A DNA stretch of 64,000 bases from Amphiscolops sp. MND2022 (taxonomy: Eukaryota). The translations under genes were made by a program, and so were the position numbers. Shown here piece by piece: positions 37,451 to 51,190 of this stretch (position 1 is the stretch's first letter; each line of letters starts with the position of its first letter). The stretch spans positions 50,532,001 to 50,596,000 of the forward strand of contig OZ076409.1 of assembly GCA_964187785.1 (NCBI GenBank), in the 5' to 3' direction. Under the pieces are notes generated by a model that saw nothing but the letters and a program-made list of their open reading frames with translations, searched no databases and was not told the origin of the DNA.

Positions 37451-40287
37451 TTTTCTAAATTTGAAATTATCTCCGATTGGCGAGACTTTGTTTCTCTGGC
37501 CTTTGGTCTCATAATCGAAGACATTTAAGTAAAACATTTTTCCCTTAAAAACTGATTTTGGGAATATATAGGATGTCAAACACGCTCTCCACTACAAGCT
37601 CTATGAACTGATCGTTTTTATCAATTACCAAGCAATAACAATAACACACAAGCTGGGAGGGGCAGAGGTCGGCGTCCTGCTCAAGTTTCTTCAATATGCA
37701 AAAGAAACGTTTTTTTTTTTAAAAAAAAACAGTAACTAGAATGGGTCAAGTAACTAAAATAGTCAAGTTACTCTAAGTGAGGTGAAACTGGTATGAGATT
37801 TGGCAAATATTGGAAAAAAACGCAACACAGATCATGATTTTCATCCCCCATAAAACTGCTGCTCGGTTAGTTTGAAAAAAAATACGGTCTCACAATACCA
37901 AAAAAACCAAAGGGGGGGACCCGGTGGCTTCAAATGATTTTGAGTCAACTCCAAATATCTTGAAAATCAGAAGGGGACCCTTTTGTATTATTGAAAAAGT
38001 CTCCAAGGCACGTTATATCCGGTATACGTTATATCTGAAATTCGTTATTCCAGCTTCGCAATAAGTCCGGTATGGCTGTGTTATTGTCGAAGGGGGTTCC
38101 TTCACTGTTCAAAGGTAGTATATAGATGATCAAAAGAGACTTTGCCAAAATTAAAGAACTTTTGGTAGAACTATTTTGGATAGTTCAGGTGTATCGAAAA
38201 CAAAGTGACGAAAAAACCATAATTATAGTCGACTCATAAAAAAACGCTGACAAAAATGAATAGTGAGTAATATGAAAAACTGAAGGTCTCGTATCACTGA
38301 CAGGGATAAGATTGGAAGTAAAGAACTGTGTTTCAAAGCACTAAAGTTCCAGTATACATACGCCTGTTTGCATATATGAGAAGCAAAATAAATGTTGTGG
38401 TGTTTTTAGTCGGCGCTTTTAAAGAAAAGAGCCCGACTCTTACAGTGGGTAGTTTTTTTAGACACATAAGGTCCACTTTTTTGTTCATATTATTCAACTT
38501 AATGCTGAATTTGTTGGTACTTGGTCAAATACGTGACTCTCAGTCTGTATGAAATTGTCACATTGAGTAAAAAAACATATACATAAGAGTTTGTTGTACA
38601 TCATGAATATTGCCTGAGGTTGGGTGGACAGAAGGTCCATTGACAGTGGGAGCACTCCTTCGAGTGAGTAAAATATTGTTGTTTTGGGGTGTTACGTCGT
38701 ACGATGGCCTGCGACCCTAGACCATGGGGTAGAGAGGTACACTTATGAGCAGCATCGAATCGTTTGTTTCAAGGGTCAATTCGCCGATTTTAGTTTCCAC
38801 TGATGTTATTCAAGCGACAACCACGGTTCATTGCTCATCCGTATAGGCTCCAAAAACGCATTTTATTAGCTGATGAATCAAGAACTAATGAATAGAGCGC
38901 CTTTTGTTAGTTTTAAGAAATTATATAGTGCAAAAAATGAAAATTGGGAATACAGTTCGCAATATGAACTCATCATTAGTGAAAAGTGCATAAAAAAACC
39001 GAGGGCACTGGAGCACATCCGGATGCACTTCAAATCGTTTTTCGACAAAAACTGCAAAAACAGTGTAGAAAAACTTGAAGGGGGCGCTATTGCAAACCTA
39101 AAGAAAACTAGGTCAAGTGGATGAATCTCTATTGTAGCCTTGCTTTGCAGCCCCGGCCACATCTTAGTGGATGTACGTCCCAAAAATCTAGTCATTTCAG
39201 GCAGGGATTGATAGAAAACGATTAATACGACATTAATTGCTCCAAAAGTCAGCCTTTTCACTTTCTCAACAAAACGAAATTAATAAATCCAAAAACGATT
39301 TCACAGATATCGAAAACATTAGCCATCGTTGGGTTTTTTGATGTAACAGTTTAGGTGAAAAGCAATTTTAGAATCTTAATATATACCTCTTCTACTTTTT
39401 GGAACTGTGAATATAATGAAATTATCACAAAAGTAGTACTTTTGCTTAATAAAAACACATTGAATTTCCTTATTTGACACATATCAACCGAGAAAAGGTA
39501 TGTTGCCCAAGTGCATGGTTACAAATCCAAATGTTCTTTGAGGTTGCTGTTTAATGTAATTCGGGGTGAACCAATTCACGAAAGTTTAGTAGAAATCTAT
39601 GGAGATGGCTATTAGTTCACAGGGTGTTGTACCCACCCACCTTTAAAAATGTTATTGCGACTGTTACAAGAAAAATACGTCAAGCAGCTAATTGACAGAG
39701 GAAATCACTCTAGTTTTTACAATCAATTTCGCGGATCCCAGATTACTATAATGCAACCACTTCGATACAACATTCCAAACTCGGGACGCTACAAAGAATC
39801 CAGGATATCCACTGTCAAAAGGAATTTCAAACAGTCTCCGCAAAGGTATAGTCGGGCTTCCACTTAATCTGTGTCCGGACCCCAAACATTTCCCGACTGT
39901 AAATTTAATCCGTTAAAATGACCCTCAACCCCAATGCTAGTCGGCTACTTTCCCCGCTAGAGTCTTTGAAAGTGTTTAAACTGTAACTGCGGCTCAAAGC
40001 TAACAGGTCGATAATGATGCTATTGAAGCACTTGAACAAATCGCTGTTTCGGTTTCGACTGAGATTGACTGGAGTCTCGTAGTATTTATATTAAGACTGT
40101 CTTAGTCTAACTGTGGTGAGAAAGCAAACAGACCAAAATCAACCGCCTCAAACCAAGCTTCCAGAGTGAAACTACCGTATTAAAGAAATCAGTTACAGGA
40201 AATACCTTAAATATCAATGTTGATAACTACAGCAGTTTGCGAGAGAAAAGGTTCTGCGTTTTTCGAGGGCGGCCCCACTAGGAAGAA

Positions 40288-40289
<2 letters not shown>

Positions 40290-40326
<37 letters not shown>

Positions 40327-40358
40327 GTGAGTGAGTGAGTGAGTGAGTGAGTGAGTGA
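40290..40358. repeat. Compound microsatellite (GA)n(GAGT)n
   Basis: Read directly from the sequence. Confidence 0.97.
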
Positions 40359-40796
40359 GAAAGAGAACAAGACGGGAACGTTTAAAATCGGCGCTATATC
40401 TGAGGCTCAAAAAGCGCAGTGTTTGAAATATGCGTAGGATGTTTCCATGAAAAACTCATGTTTTCGAACCTGCGCCCCTCCTTACTAAAAGGCAATATAG
40501 TTTGGATATACCGTCAAAAGTTCGGATATAGCGCTTTACTCCTGATATTACGAGAGAGGACTTCAATAGAACTGAAGGGGGACCCTTTGGAGACAAAAAA
40601 ATCGAAAAAATGTTTCACTGCGCCTTTTGTCTCGTCCGGTTTTTATGTCAACTTTAAAAAGGTAAAAATGAAAGCTTATTCGCTATAACTTAGATTCCTT
40701 TCCGAGGTATTCGTTTAGTTGAACAAGCTGAACAAAACTTTCGTCGCTTCGAGTCTGTCTTAAAGAAAAAAAAGAGTGGCGGTAAAAGTCGGGCTC

Positions 40797-41144
40797 TTTT
40801 TTAGTCGGCGCTTTTCGTAGAAAAACGCAGACTATAGTAGTGACTTTTTTAAAGACCAACGAAGTGACAGGATTTATAAGCTTTATAAGCTGAGTTGAAC
40901 TAACAATAAATGCCACACTACTTCTACTGGCACTTGAGATAGAGGTTAATTAGGCTTTTTTGTGGTCCCCTTTTACATTTTTCGGCGCTATGCGACTTAC
41001 CGGACCAAAAAAATTTTGAAAAACGATTTTTTTCAATTTTTTCCTCATGCGGGTACTTTAGAAGAGAATACTTGATACTTTGAAGTCCTTTTGCTATTTT
41101 TGAGCCTTGGATATGGCGCCGACTTGGGCCGTTCCCGGCTTGTT
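40797..41144 (-). mobile_element. Second copy of the AACAAG...AGCGCCGACT repeat family
   Basis: Reverse-complement 5' end at 41075-41144 and 3' end TTTTAGTCGGCGCTTTT at ~40797-40815. Confidence 0.55.
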
Positions 41145-42926
41145 TATTAAAAGCGCCGACTAAAAACACAAAAAAAGTAAAGTAGGTACTTGAGTGCCTC
41201 GGGGGTCCGCGAGTAACTCCGTAGTTCGTCTTCTGCATTGAGTCCTACTCTGTACTATTCCATGAATTCTTCGGCTCATAAACAGCTGGTTTGCATACTC
41301 TGTTTCTGTTGGCCGATTGTCACATCTACATAGTATCATTCGCATGTTACACGTGCTTGACGTTTTCCCATGCATTGATCGGCCAAATTTACTCTTTCAA
41401 CTGAAACACTTCAAAAGTGGACCTCACAGTGTCAAACGTGTCCGCATTCAGACACCTTTTAGAACACTTGTCATATGTCACTGTTTCGATTTGTGTCATG
41501 TGCAGACCTGTTCTACGAAGTGTCCGCCGAGTCTAACAGTTTTCTTCTATCTCAGCTATTTTTATTTGCATCACATCTTAGACGAAATACTTTTGTAATT
41601 TTCATCAAGCGGAGAAGACGGTTCGATTGAACTCTGATATCTTTCGAAACATTTGGTAAGTTGAGATTCATTTTTCATATTTTTTATGAGTTGAATTTGA
41701 GTAGCCTAACACAATCGAAATATTTTAGCCCAGTCGAATGTTCAAGTATGAAAGCAATAGAAAAAGCTCGAGGTTCTGCCTGAATTAGCTTTAAATTACT
41801 GTTCAAACACAAATTGGCGTTTGTTAGGAACGACGTTTTTGAAATTCTGTTAGTTATACTTTTATCTACAGAATTTTCGATATAACGAATTCGGTTACTA
41901 CTATCAATCTCGCAGTTCTTTTTGAAGCTTGAACGGGTGATCATTCCCGGCTGTTCGATGTAGGAGTTCTTTCAAGTGTTAAAACACAGAAATAGCCATT
42001 TTTGACGCACTCACAAAGAATTGCAACATATCACAAACAACGTTCAACTGGTTTTGAGTCAACAAATTGGCAACTACCACTTCAGAATATTAGTTGCTAA
42101 TTTTTAGCGTAGGAGCTCTGAAACAAATGAAAATGCCAAATTGAAAGAATGCCAAACTGAAACTGCTTCAGGGTTTAATTCTATTATTTTTACGTAACTA
42201 AGCGTCTTTGCTATTACACCATTCTTGTCAAATAGAACGTTAGCTGTAGAAGTCCTGTTTATTGCGGAGCATCAGCGACACTTTTCAAGACTCATATGAG
42301 CAGTTCCCAGAGCAAGGCTGATAAAAATAGTTGTTGAAAAAAGTGTTTTTCCATTGCGGTAAATTTTCATAAGGTTCCGAATATGTTCTATTTTGAAATG
42401 GCCCGTCTCTCGACAAAGTTCATAAATTCTTCGCAGGAAGAATCATCAAAAGAGTCTATATGTTAATTAGTTTTTCTTCTAATCGAATTTTAATGAAATG
42501 TATCTCAGCAAACCCTATAATGTTTTTCGCTTGATTTTTCGTCCCTCTTTTCCACCTATCGTCTCCTCAAAAACCTACAGTTTTCGGATTGAATTATAAA
42601 AGTATAAATGATCTGCAACATTGAAAAAAATATACTTTCCACGCTACTTCATGATAAAATATAAAACTATATAACTATGATAAGATATTAAACTATATCA
42701 CACAGCTCATGCACTTCAAATTAACCTAGTTAACACAATTGTCTGAAAAAAAACAACGTCCAAGAATGTTGTCACAATTTGATGTCGAAAAGTTTTCCCA
42801 GGAATTGGTTTCCAAAGCAAAAATTGTTGGAAACGTTTGTTTCATACCTCGGCTTTCCTCCTTCTGGTGTGGTCCCCGCTCCTTATTATTGGCCTTCGTG
42901 AAAACCAGCTGCTATGTAGTAATAAC

Positions 42927-43819
42927 CAGGGCCTGGAATTTATTGCGTACGCAATTTTTTCTAGTTTAACGCAATTTTCGCCGATTTGTCGTTTTCACGC
43001 AATAACGCAATTTTTAGCGCAATTTCTGGGTATTTCTGAGAAAAACCACGCAATGTTGTTGTAAAATCCAGGGCCATTTCTAAGAGATATTGTATTTCTG
43101 AGAAATAGGCTAACATGTAATAGCGTTTTACGTGCCTGTCGCCACTATACACTATAGCTGGCTACACCATAGTCCTCTCTTCTACAATTAATTCATATTT
43201 TACTTATTTTCAGTTATTTGAAATGGGAAAAACTAAGGAAAGTGGCAAGGTTTTCGTGCGTGGTTTAACAGGTGGAGAATCTGTTTGGGAATACGACGAA
43301 ACCACCGACCAAGTCAGTTGCAAAGCATGTGGTTCTGACTTTCCATATGGCAGTTCGAACATCAAATGGCGCATCAACGAACATTTAAAATCTGGAAAAC
43401 ATCAGGCGAATGCTGAACTGAAATTTCGACAACAAAATTTGAAATTTAGCGAGAATGTTCATAACCGAGAAATGACAAATATGCTACTCAAGTGCAACAT
43501 TCCATTGAACAAAGTTGTTAGCCAATATTTTCGCGAATATTTCGAAAAATACACTGGAAATAAATTACCCAGCTCGTCAAGTTTACGCAAAACGTACTTA
43601 CAGCGCGTAATAAGCGTAATAATTTAAGAGCCCATTTCCCATTTATGTATTGGTTGGAATAATTACGATGATTTTTGATTTTGAACTGCATATTTCAATA
43701 AAGATATTCGCCTATAAACTCTTTATTTTTACGCAATTTTTGACGCAATTTCGAGGTATTTTTGGCGCAATTTCCTGCGCAATTTCCATAATTTTTGACG
43801 CAATAAATTCCAGGGCCTG
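42927..43819 (+). mobile_element. Small non-autonomous hAT-type DNA transposon (893 bp)
   Basis: 22-bp TIRs CAGGGCCTGGAATTTATTGCGT (1 mismatch), perfect 8-bp TSD GTAATAAC (42919-42926 and 43820-43827), ACGCAATTT subterminal repeats at both ends. Confidence 0.92.
43223..43627 (+). CDS. 134-aa CGGBP1-like zinc-finger / hAT transposase N-terminal DNA-binding domain protein (no DDE)
   Basis: CKAC...HLKSGKH zinc finger followed by CNIPLNKV...FEKYTG..LPSSSSLRKTYL. ATG start, TTTTCAG acceptor-like site just upstream and AATAAA downstream (~43697). Confidence 0.75.
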   Translation: MGKTKESGKVFVRGLTGGESVWEYDETTDQVSCKACGSDFPYGSSNIKWRINEHLKSGKHQANAELKFRQQNLKFSENVHNREMTNMLLKCNIPLNKVVSQYFREYFEKYTGNKLPSSSSLRKTYLQRVISVII

Positions 43820-46800
43820 GTAATAACAACGAAGCTCCGTTTCCCTAGAGCGTTCAGTGCTCTAACGCGTTCAATGCATTCTTAATCCTAAACTATTAAT
43901 AATTTACTCAATATTCCCGTTACGATGTTTTGGACTTCGTTTACTATCTGACATGTCTGGACATCATTTCTTTCGACGTTTTCACCTCATGCCCATTCTG
44001 ATGGCTGAACGAATACTTTTTTGTACAAAATACAGTGCTGATTTTGAAAATTGAAGCGGTGAAACTCCGTGTGTGCAATAATGGTCTTCGGTTTTGGAAT
44101 TGTTTCAAAGTTCACGCTTCCGGTCGCGTATCATGCTCTATGTATCGCAATATCTTGCCAATCTTTAGAATTGATTTCTTCTTATCAACACTGTTATCGA
44201 CACTGTAAATTGGGTCTGACAATTACAACAGATAATTTCCGTTACCATGGTTTGGAAACATACTTCAGGTTAACATGGTTTGGACCCTCTCAGTTTCTTA
44301 CAATCCAATTTTTGTATTTGCAAATAACGAACGAAGAAGGAGTAAAAACGGCCCCTGTTCAAGTACACGTGACTTTGTAACTTTTAATAATTCACACTCA
44401 ATTCCAAACGTCGAAACTAGAGCATGCATAAGGAACAGGCCGGTGACGCCTCAAAAAGAGCAAAGTCTTTTGATAATACACAGCGGCTGTACTTGTTTAT
44501 TCCTAATGAAAACATGCGGCTTTGTAATTGACGTAAAGTTGTACAAAAATTGCGTAATATCAAGGGGGATCCTTGATATCCTCTTTGGATCGTTAATATC
44601 TGATGAGTCGAACTTCCTAAATATCGAGACATTTGTGTACATGTTGCAACCATTCGCCATGTTCCGTCGGAGTGAAAAAAACGACGAGAACATAATATAA
44701 TAGTCGATTTATATTTCATATCGCGCCAACGAAAGCGCCAACTATAAAAACGTGTCTATTTAAAATACGTAGTGCAACATACCATGGCACTGACCGCGTT
44801 CCGAGTTAGCTGGTCTAACAGTTAGCTTACCTAGAAACATAACTCTCTAAAGACTACCGCATATCACACATGGCGTTATTTTACGCTTCACACTTCACTT
44901 CATTGTCTAAAAGCCAAATATTACAAGCGTCTGACAGTTTGCGAACCCTTTCAAAGAAAAACTTATTCCAAGTGCATATAAGGAAGTGTAATTGGCCAAA
45001 GTGTAACAGGAAAAAAAACAAATAAATCGCCATGCAGGGATAAGCGACTTATAGGCAAGAGCTTTACAATTTTAAACGACAAATTGTATGAAAAATTGAA
45101 ATTATTAAAGCAGTGTGGTTCAAACAATGTGCGCCTTTATTATTCCAGTTTTAGTTCGAGAAACTTCGGAAATTTTTAAACTAAAACAAAATCAAATCAA
45201 GTGGCCCAGTGGCACTGCGATATTTTGCGAATAATGTTACTACAGTAAATTTCTAAGGGGGTCATTTCAATATTCCCTGCTAAAACTATGATTTTTAGTT
45301 TCTCAAGCAAAGGAAAAACAATAAAGCTTTCAAAACTACTATAATATTTTTTCCAGTTGACACTCACATATTTGCTAGACATCTATTCTTTGTTGATGTT
45401 TCATACAATTCAACTGTGCATGGCATTGGTATGAACTAATGAAGCTTGAGATTGCGGTTATGAACTTGGGTTGACAAAGTGTTGCATTTATTTGTACGAA
45501 CAATGCAGTACCATCATGCGTTCAATATGCATGAACAACTGCCAAGGATTCTGAAAGACTGAGAAAGACTAGTCAACTGAGTCATTAATCTCAACAGCGA
45601 GACCAACTGTGGGTCACGAATTGCTTTTTGTTTATTTTGCAAACTTTTGTTGGTATCATGGTATGGTATGTAAGGTTTGGTTTGGTGTGCAAACTTAGAT
45701 TTGAAATTTAAAAAGTTTTTTCAAAAAATTGAACTGTCCTCCAGGGTTTCAACACTGGCTTCCCGTGAAAAAACTTTGAAGCTCCTTGGATGCAATACTT
45801 TTCTTCTGAGGTACTTCAAGGTGAATACATACCTTAGAAAGTCGTTCAAAGTAACATGCTTTTTCTTAGAAGTCATAAAGTTATGATAACGTAATTCATC
45901 CAAAAACTAGACCATCAGATGTCCAGAACTCGTCAAACAATGCAAACCCAGCTAAAGGTAAAATATGCACTGAATCATGTTTTCAAGGCGCTTTCACTAA
46001 CGTCTGAACAATTCCATAAATTTGCGGACATTGAAACACCATAAAAAACAGTCGGCGCAGAAGTCAGAGCACAATGTTCAAGTCTGAGCGTGTGAATCAG
46101 CGAAAGTACATTTCACGAGGGAGCACCTTTGTATGACTTCAAAGTAGAGAGCACATCAAATGGAAAATTCCTTGAAGTATGATTTCGTACGCCGAGTTAT
46201 TGAGATAAAGCGAACGAGCGTTAATTGTTCCTTCGCCGAGAGCTTAGTCTGCATTCAAATGCGAATGCGAAACTTTGTCTACGCTTAGTAGTTATATTTG
46301 GTCCAAGAAGAATTAAAGGCGGTGTAAACTGGTAGAGTGATTAATTGTGCGCTATATATATGATCAAGATATGCTTCTTTTACTGAACATGAAAGCCTAA
46401 AAGCAGAAAGAATACTGTGCCCCGCTTCAAGAGATACCACTGAATATCAATGGAAACCATCAAAAATCTTTTGACCGTTAATGGAGACTTTTAAAGGACT
46501 ATTCTAGGAATCCATTATTGTATTGCTAGGAATAGGAAAAAGTAGATGTTGAAAAGGCAGAAAATAGTTTCGAGGAAAATAGCTGAAGATTGTTCGAAGT
46601 ATGAAGTTAGCGCTACTCGTCAAGTCCAACAGAATGGTGGTACAGGTAAAATTGTACTATGGCATCACAGTGATTGTATGACGAACCGATCATTGCTAAA
46701 TTTGTTTGCCGAATCTCACTACGACCTACCGGGAGAAAAATCTGCAACTAGGCATTTTATGAAACTTTTCAGAGAAGAAAAAATCAAAAATACTGGGTGT

Positions 46801-49800
46801 TAGTCAAATTAGAAAAAGGACGGTAGCACTAACAAAAAAAAACGTTTTCAGAAACTTGAAAAACAACATGGTTTGATTTTACTATCAACATGGACTCTTC
46901 TGTTTGTTGTTTTGATAAGTAATGCTGAGGTACTTTGAGATTTTGATTGGTTTCTCAGTGACTTGATTGTATGCCCTGACACGACACCTATGGCACCTCA
47001 GACCTTGAGAAATTTTACAGTGAATTCCGATCAAGCTTCAATGTGAATATTCAAACCCTAGTCGAATTCCGAATATGCAAACCCTAGTCGAATGTGCATT
47101 AACGTTTGGCATGCATGCAGGCATTTTTTTCGAAAAACAGCATGAAAATTTCAAGTACTCTGTGCAAAAAAATTGTAAAACTTTCAAGTGCTTAACGGAA
47201 ATTTCCAAAAAAAGAAAGAAGCAAGCAAACAAGAGTCTGAGCAATCTCAAATCTCCAGAAAAACGTGGAAAAGTTATTCAAACGCTTTCTTTGTATTTTA
47301 AAACATTCTGTACTCTACCAAACTTTCAATTTAGAGAAAAATTTATTTGAATCAAAACCAAATCAGAGAGATAGACATACAAAACGACTGTTCAGAAGTT
47401 TTATATTTTTGGCATTCATTTTTTGAAGTTTTCTAGACTAAAGCTACTTTCTCGTTTGTAGCTTCAGAGACGTGAAAGACCTTTGACTCTTCTAAAACTT
47501 CGACTAGAACTCTGCCACTTTTGAAGCACTCCAACTGAAAGACAGCAAGATAAGAAAACCACCATGATTTAAGAGTCTGAAAAAAAGTTCCCTAATCAAA
47601 TGATTCTTTTCTTCAAAGGAGGGAAGAAGATATCAAACCTTTCTAAAAGTGTCGAACAACTAAAATCGTTCAAGATAGGAAGCGAAGTTTGTCCTGAACT
47701 TTTTAATGCCTACTTGCCCAAACAGGAAATCGATAAAAATTTCGGTAACCGGAAAACCTGGTTCCTATTTTCCAGAAAACAAAACTTTCTGAGACGTTTG
47801 TGAAATGCGCTCAAAAATGCGTTTCAAAACGTTCTAGTGAAAATCAAAAAAAAAGATTTCAAACAAAAATTTCACGGATTCCGAAGACCGAGATCTGAAA
47901 GACCAGATTGCACCTTTCAACCTTTAGCTTCAACTAGAACTGTTACCACGCATGTAGCACTCCAACAGCAAGGACGGCAAGACCAGAAAACCACCAAGAT
48001 TAAAAGTTTGTGGCAGAAGTTTCTTAAACTTTCGAAGGTTCTATACAAAACAAGACAAAAATCATTTTTGAAAAAAAATGCCTAAACACTGGAATAAGTA
48101 CTGAAGTTGAAGACAAAACGTCTACACTGGAAAAGCGACGAGCGGAATTGCATCAAGGGAATAACGCTGGAGGGAATGATTATCTAAAATCCAATGTACT
48201 AGGAATGGGAAGGAGCATGAGTTGGTTTTGCACGTTTTTCCTCAGGAGTTATTCCTGATCGCAGTAAGGTATAACGTCTAAGGAAGAACACCTTAGAAAT
48301 AACATCTGAAGCCAAGTCATGCTCATTCTCAATAATGTATTAACTTTCAGATGGTGGTATCGTTTTAAATATATTCCCGGAACACTTTCAAACGTTGTTC
48401 TTTGAACGTTATTCGCGCTTCTTTGGAATATCGACTCAACCCATGAAAAAAGGCACCCGAGTGTTTTGTGAGGACAATATCGTAAACTCATGAACGAATA
48501 ACGTGAATGGATTACAAAATAGGAATTCCGCCAGAATTCAATACGCTTAGGACTTGTTCAACCTGAACACAGTAAGTGAATTCTGAGCTATTTGAAGAAA
48601 CTTGATCGTATTTAGATTTTTGTTCGGATACCACGTTTTCATTTTTCCCCAATTTTTTTTTGATTTTTTCTCAAAATTTCACAATTTATTGAGCCTTAGA
48701 TATGGCACCGACTTGGGCCGTTCCCGGCTTGTTTCTCATTTTGCCACCCCAGAAAATGAGGAGTTTTGAGTTGAATTTTTCAACAGTTTGCGTGTAAAAA
48801 TTTCTTCATGAAAAAGTTCGTTTAACAATTTTGTTTGCCACTTCAGCACTTCTTGACTGTTAGTTTATGTCATATTGTAGCGTCTGCACTGACAAAAGTT
48901 GAGGTTAGCCAGCAAAAATCTGCAAATTCTCCTAGGTATATGTCTTTATTTTCCCTGATGTTGCTTTGAGAACTCACCAAATTGTAGAGAAATTCTTGTA
49001 ATTACCTGAAAAAATAGTGACGCACGAGAAATTAACACTAAAATTTTAGCATAAAAGTTTCACTAAGCAGCTTTTGATGTAAAATCAATATTTTCGCAGT
49101 CAATATGAGCTATTTTTGAGTGAATTTGACATTTCCTTGAAGTTTCCTCCGAAGGGTTTCTGACAAGTCCTTTTATCAAACCATTCATCGATTCTACGAC
49201 CAAGACTGTCAAAAACATGATGAAAAACATTTTTACCAAATTCATAACCTGTAAATTCGAACCAAAACATCCTGAATGGACCGCCAGTTTTGAAGTAGGA
49301 CGGAAGTAAGCATTCAAAAAATAATAATGAAAAAGATGTGACATATATAAAGTGTCATATTCCATTTGTTTTGTACATTTAGAGTATTCAATCAAAAATT
49401 CGCTGCGGAAAGAGGAAGTATGGAAGCTTGAAAGTATAAGCAAATACTGTTGAAACATCAAATAACTCAATTTTTTGGTCATGTTTTTGCATTTTTTTGA
49501 AATTTTCCAATCAAACATTTTTGAGATAATTTTCTCATCTCATGCCCGTTGTTTCTACAAAGATGTTAAATATTTGGAATAACTTAATCCTAACAACACT
49601 TGAGCAGCCGAGTGTTACATAGTGTTCATTTTTTGGTATGTATTTCAAAATCCGTTGGATGAATCGAAATTCAAGATGTTATTTTTCATTTCGAGAAATA
49701 AACCAGAATTCTTATGCAAAAAAATTAAAGTTATTTAATGAAGTCAATGAAAAGTGCTTTTCCGTCTCACAGTTCGTTCTACACAAATTAACCTGTAAAA

Positions 49801-50864
49801 TAAAAAGATCAACGGAAATCAGAATTTTTGAAAGTCAAACTTCTGAAATACCAAAACCCAGCTAAATCAAACATTGGGTTATTGAATATATGCGTCGCCA
49901 CGTCTAATAAATATATAGCTAACTTTATGCATACGTTCTTATGGACAGGTGCATGTTTATGATTTTGGTAACTTTTCTTCAAAATAAAGGAATTAATTTT
50001 ACAGCTGAATAAGAATTCAGTTTATAACCATTATTCGAACACGATAAGAACCAGAGATTGTTATCGCATTCTGATTTGAACAGATTTTATCACACTATAG
50101 AGAGCTAGTTTTTAGTCGGCGCTTTTAGTTCAGATTAAAATCGCCCGACTATTACAGTTACAAATAAAGCAGTCGATAAGATGTTTTTCCAATTTTTTTG
50201 AGCCAACTTTAAACTGTTCTCCGCTTGTTTATACCTCCAGTTTCTTTTACAAGTCTTAAACTTTTGTCGATGTTGATACCTCGTACTGAAGTTCCCCCTC
50301 ACAGCGTGTTGAGACACGTGACTTGTTTTTTTTGACATGACACAATTATTTCGAGTTTAAGATTTGAAGCTATCAAATGAACAATTAGATTCGAAGGAAA
50401 CGGCCTTGTCAAAGTAGTAACACAAATATATGCCTTTGTTCAACTGAAAAGGAGGTTCAAGTAACTTTCCATATCAAAATTTCCTATTCTTACAAATTCC
50501 CAGAAGCCCTAGAAACAATCTTATAAAAAATTGCAAAAGCACAAAAAAGCAAAATGAAAGAAAAACGAATAATTTTGTGGCATCATGAATGTAACTTTTC
50601 GTCAAACAAAATAAATTCCGAGAAACTAAATTTTTGAAAGAATCGGGTGTTTGTTTTAATTTGTGGCCAGTGGAATTTGAATGTAACGTGGGCGAGCTGG
50701 CCGCTTCATAACATCATTTCTTCTATTGGGGCTATCGATTCTTCCAAAACGAGTTGATAGATAAAACGTTAGGTGGTAAAAGTCTTTGGACCAAAAATGG
50801 GAATTTATCAATGGCTATCCAGTGTGAAATTTCTTAAAACCTTTGACAAGAATCTTGCATATTA

Positions 50865-51060
50865 ATATTTTTCCTGGATGGTTTTGGTCTTTAAAAAGTC
50901 TTGCCCAGATTCATTTATAGGTTTCCAAGGTTTCTGAGCATTTTATATCTACAGTTTCAAAATTTTGAAACTGTAGATATAAAATGCTCAGAAACCTTGG
51001 AAACCTATAAATGAATCTGGGCAAGACTTTTTAAAGACCAAAACCATCCAGGAAAAATAT
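50865..51060. repeat. Perfect 196-bp palindrome with no spacer
   Basis: 98-bp arms, centre TTTCAAAA|TTTTGAAA at 50962/50963. Confidence 0.95.
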
Positions 51061-51190
51061 GATCTTGCAAGAGTTTGCCGAGAGCTTCAAAAGGAAAACC
51101 AGCGAAAAATAACGAAAAGAGCCAAAATCAGTTGCGAACAGCCGCTTGGTTAGTGTACTTATTATAGATATTATACAGCAGTGGGAGAAA

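Larger units (their letters stand above)
42800..44650 (+). pseudogene. Heavily decayed piggyBac-like transposase relic, interrupted by the hAT element
   Basis: Fragments in piggyBac order across frames: SAFLLL..RENQ, HVWTSF, GLRFWNC (cf. GIKFW..CD), LELISSY..GLTITTDNF (cf. GRNITxDNF) and GILDI. Boundaries are approximate. Confidence 0.45.

Noticed and set aside
40366..41144. Single MITE with AACAAG TIRs
   Set aside because: The right end has its own 3' terminus at ~40797, so these are two oppositely oriented copies of an asymmetric repeat.
24751..50860. Host gene exons among the short ORFs
   Set aside because: No recognisable domains or consistent exon chain. Small exons cannot be excluded without transcript data.
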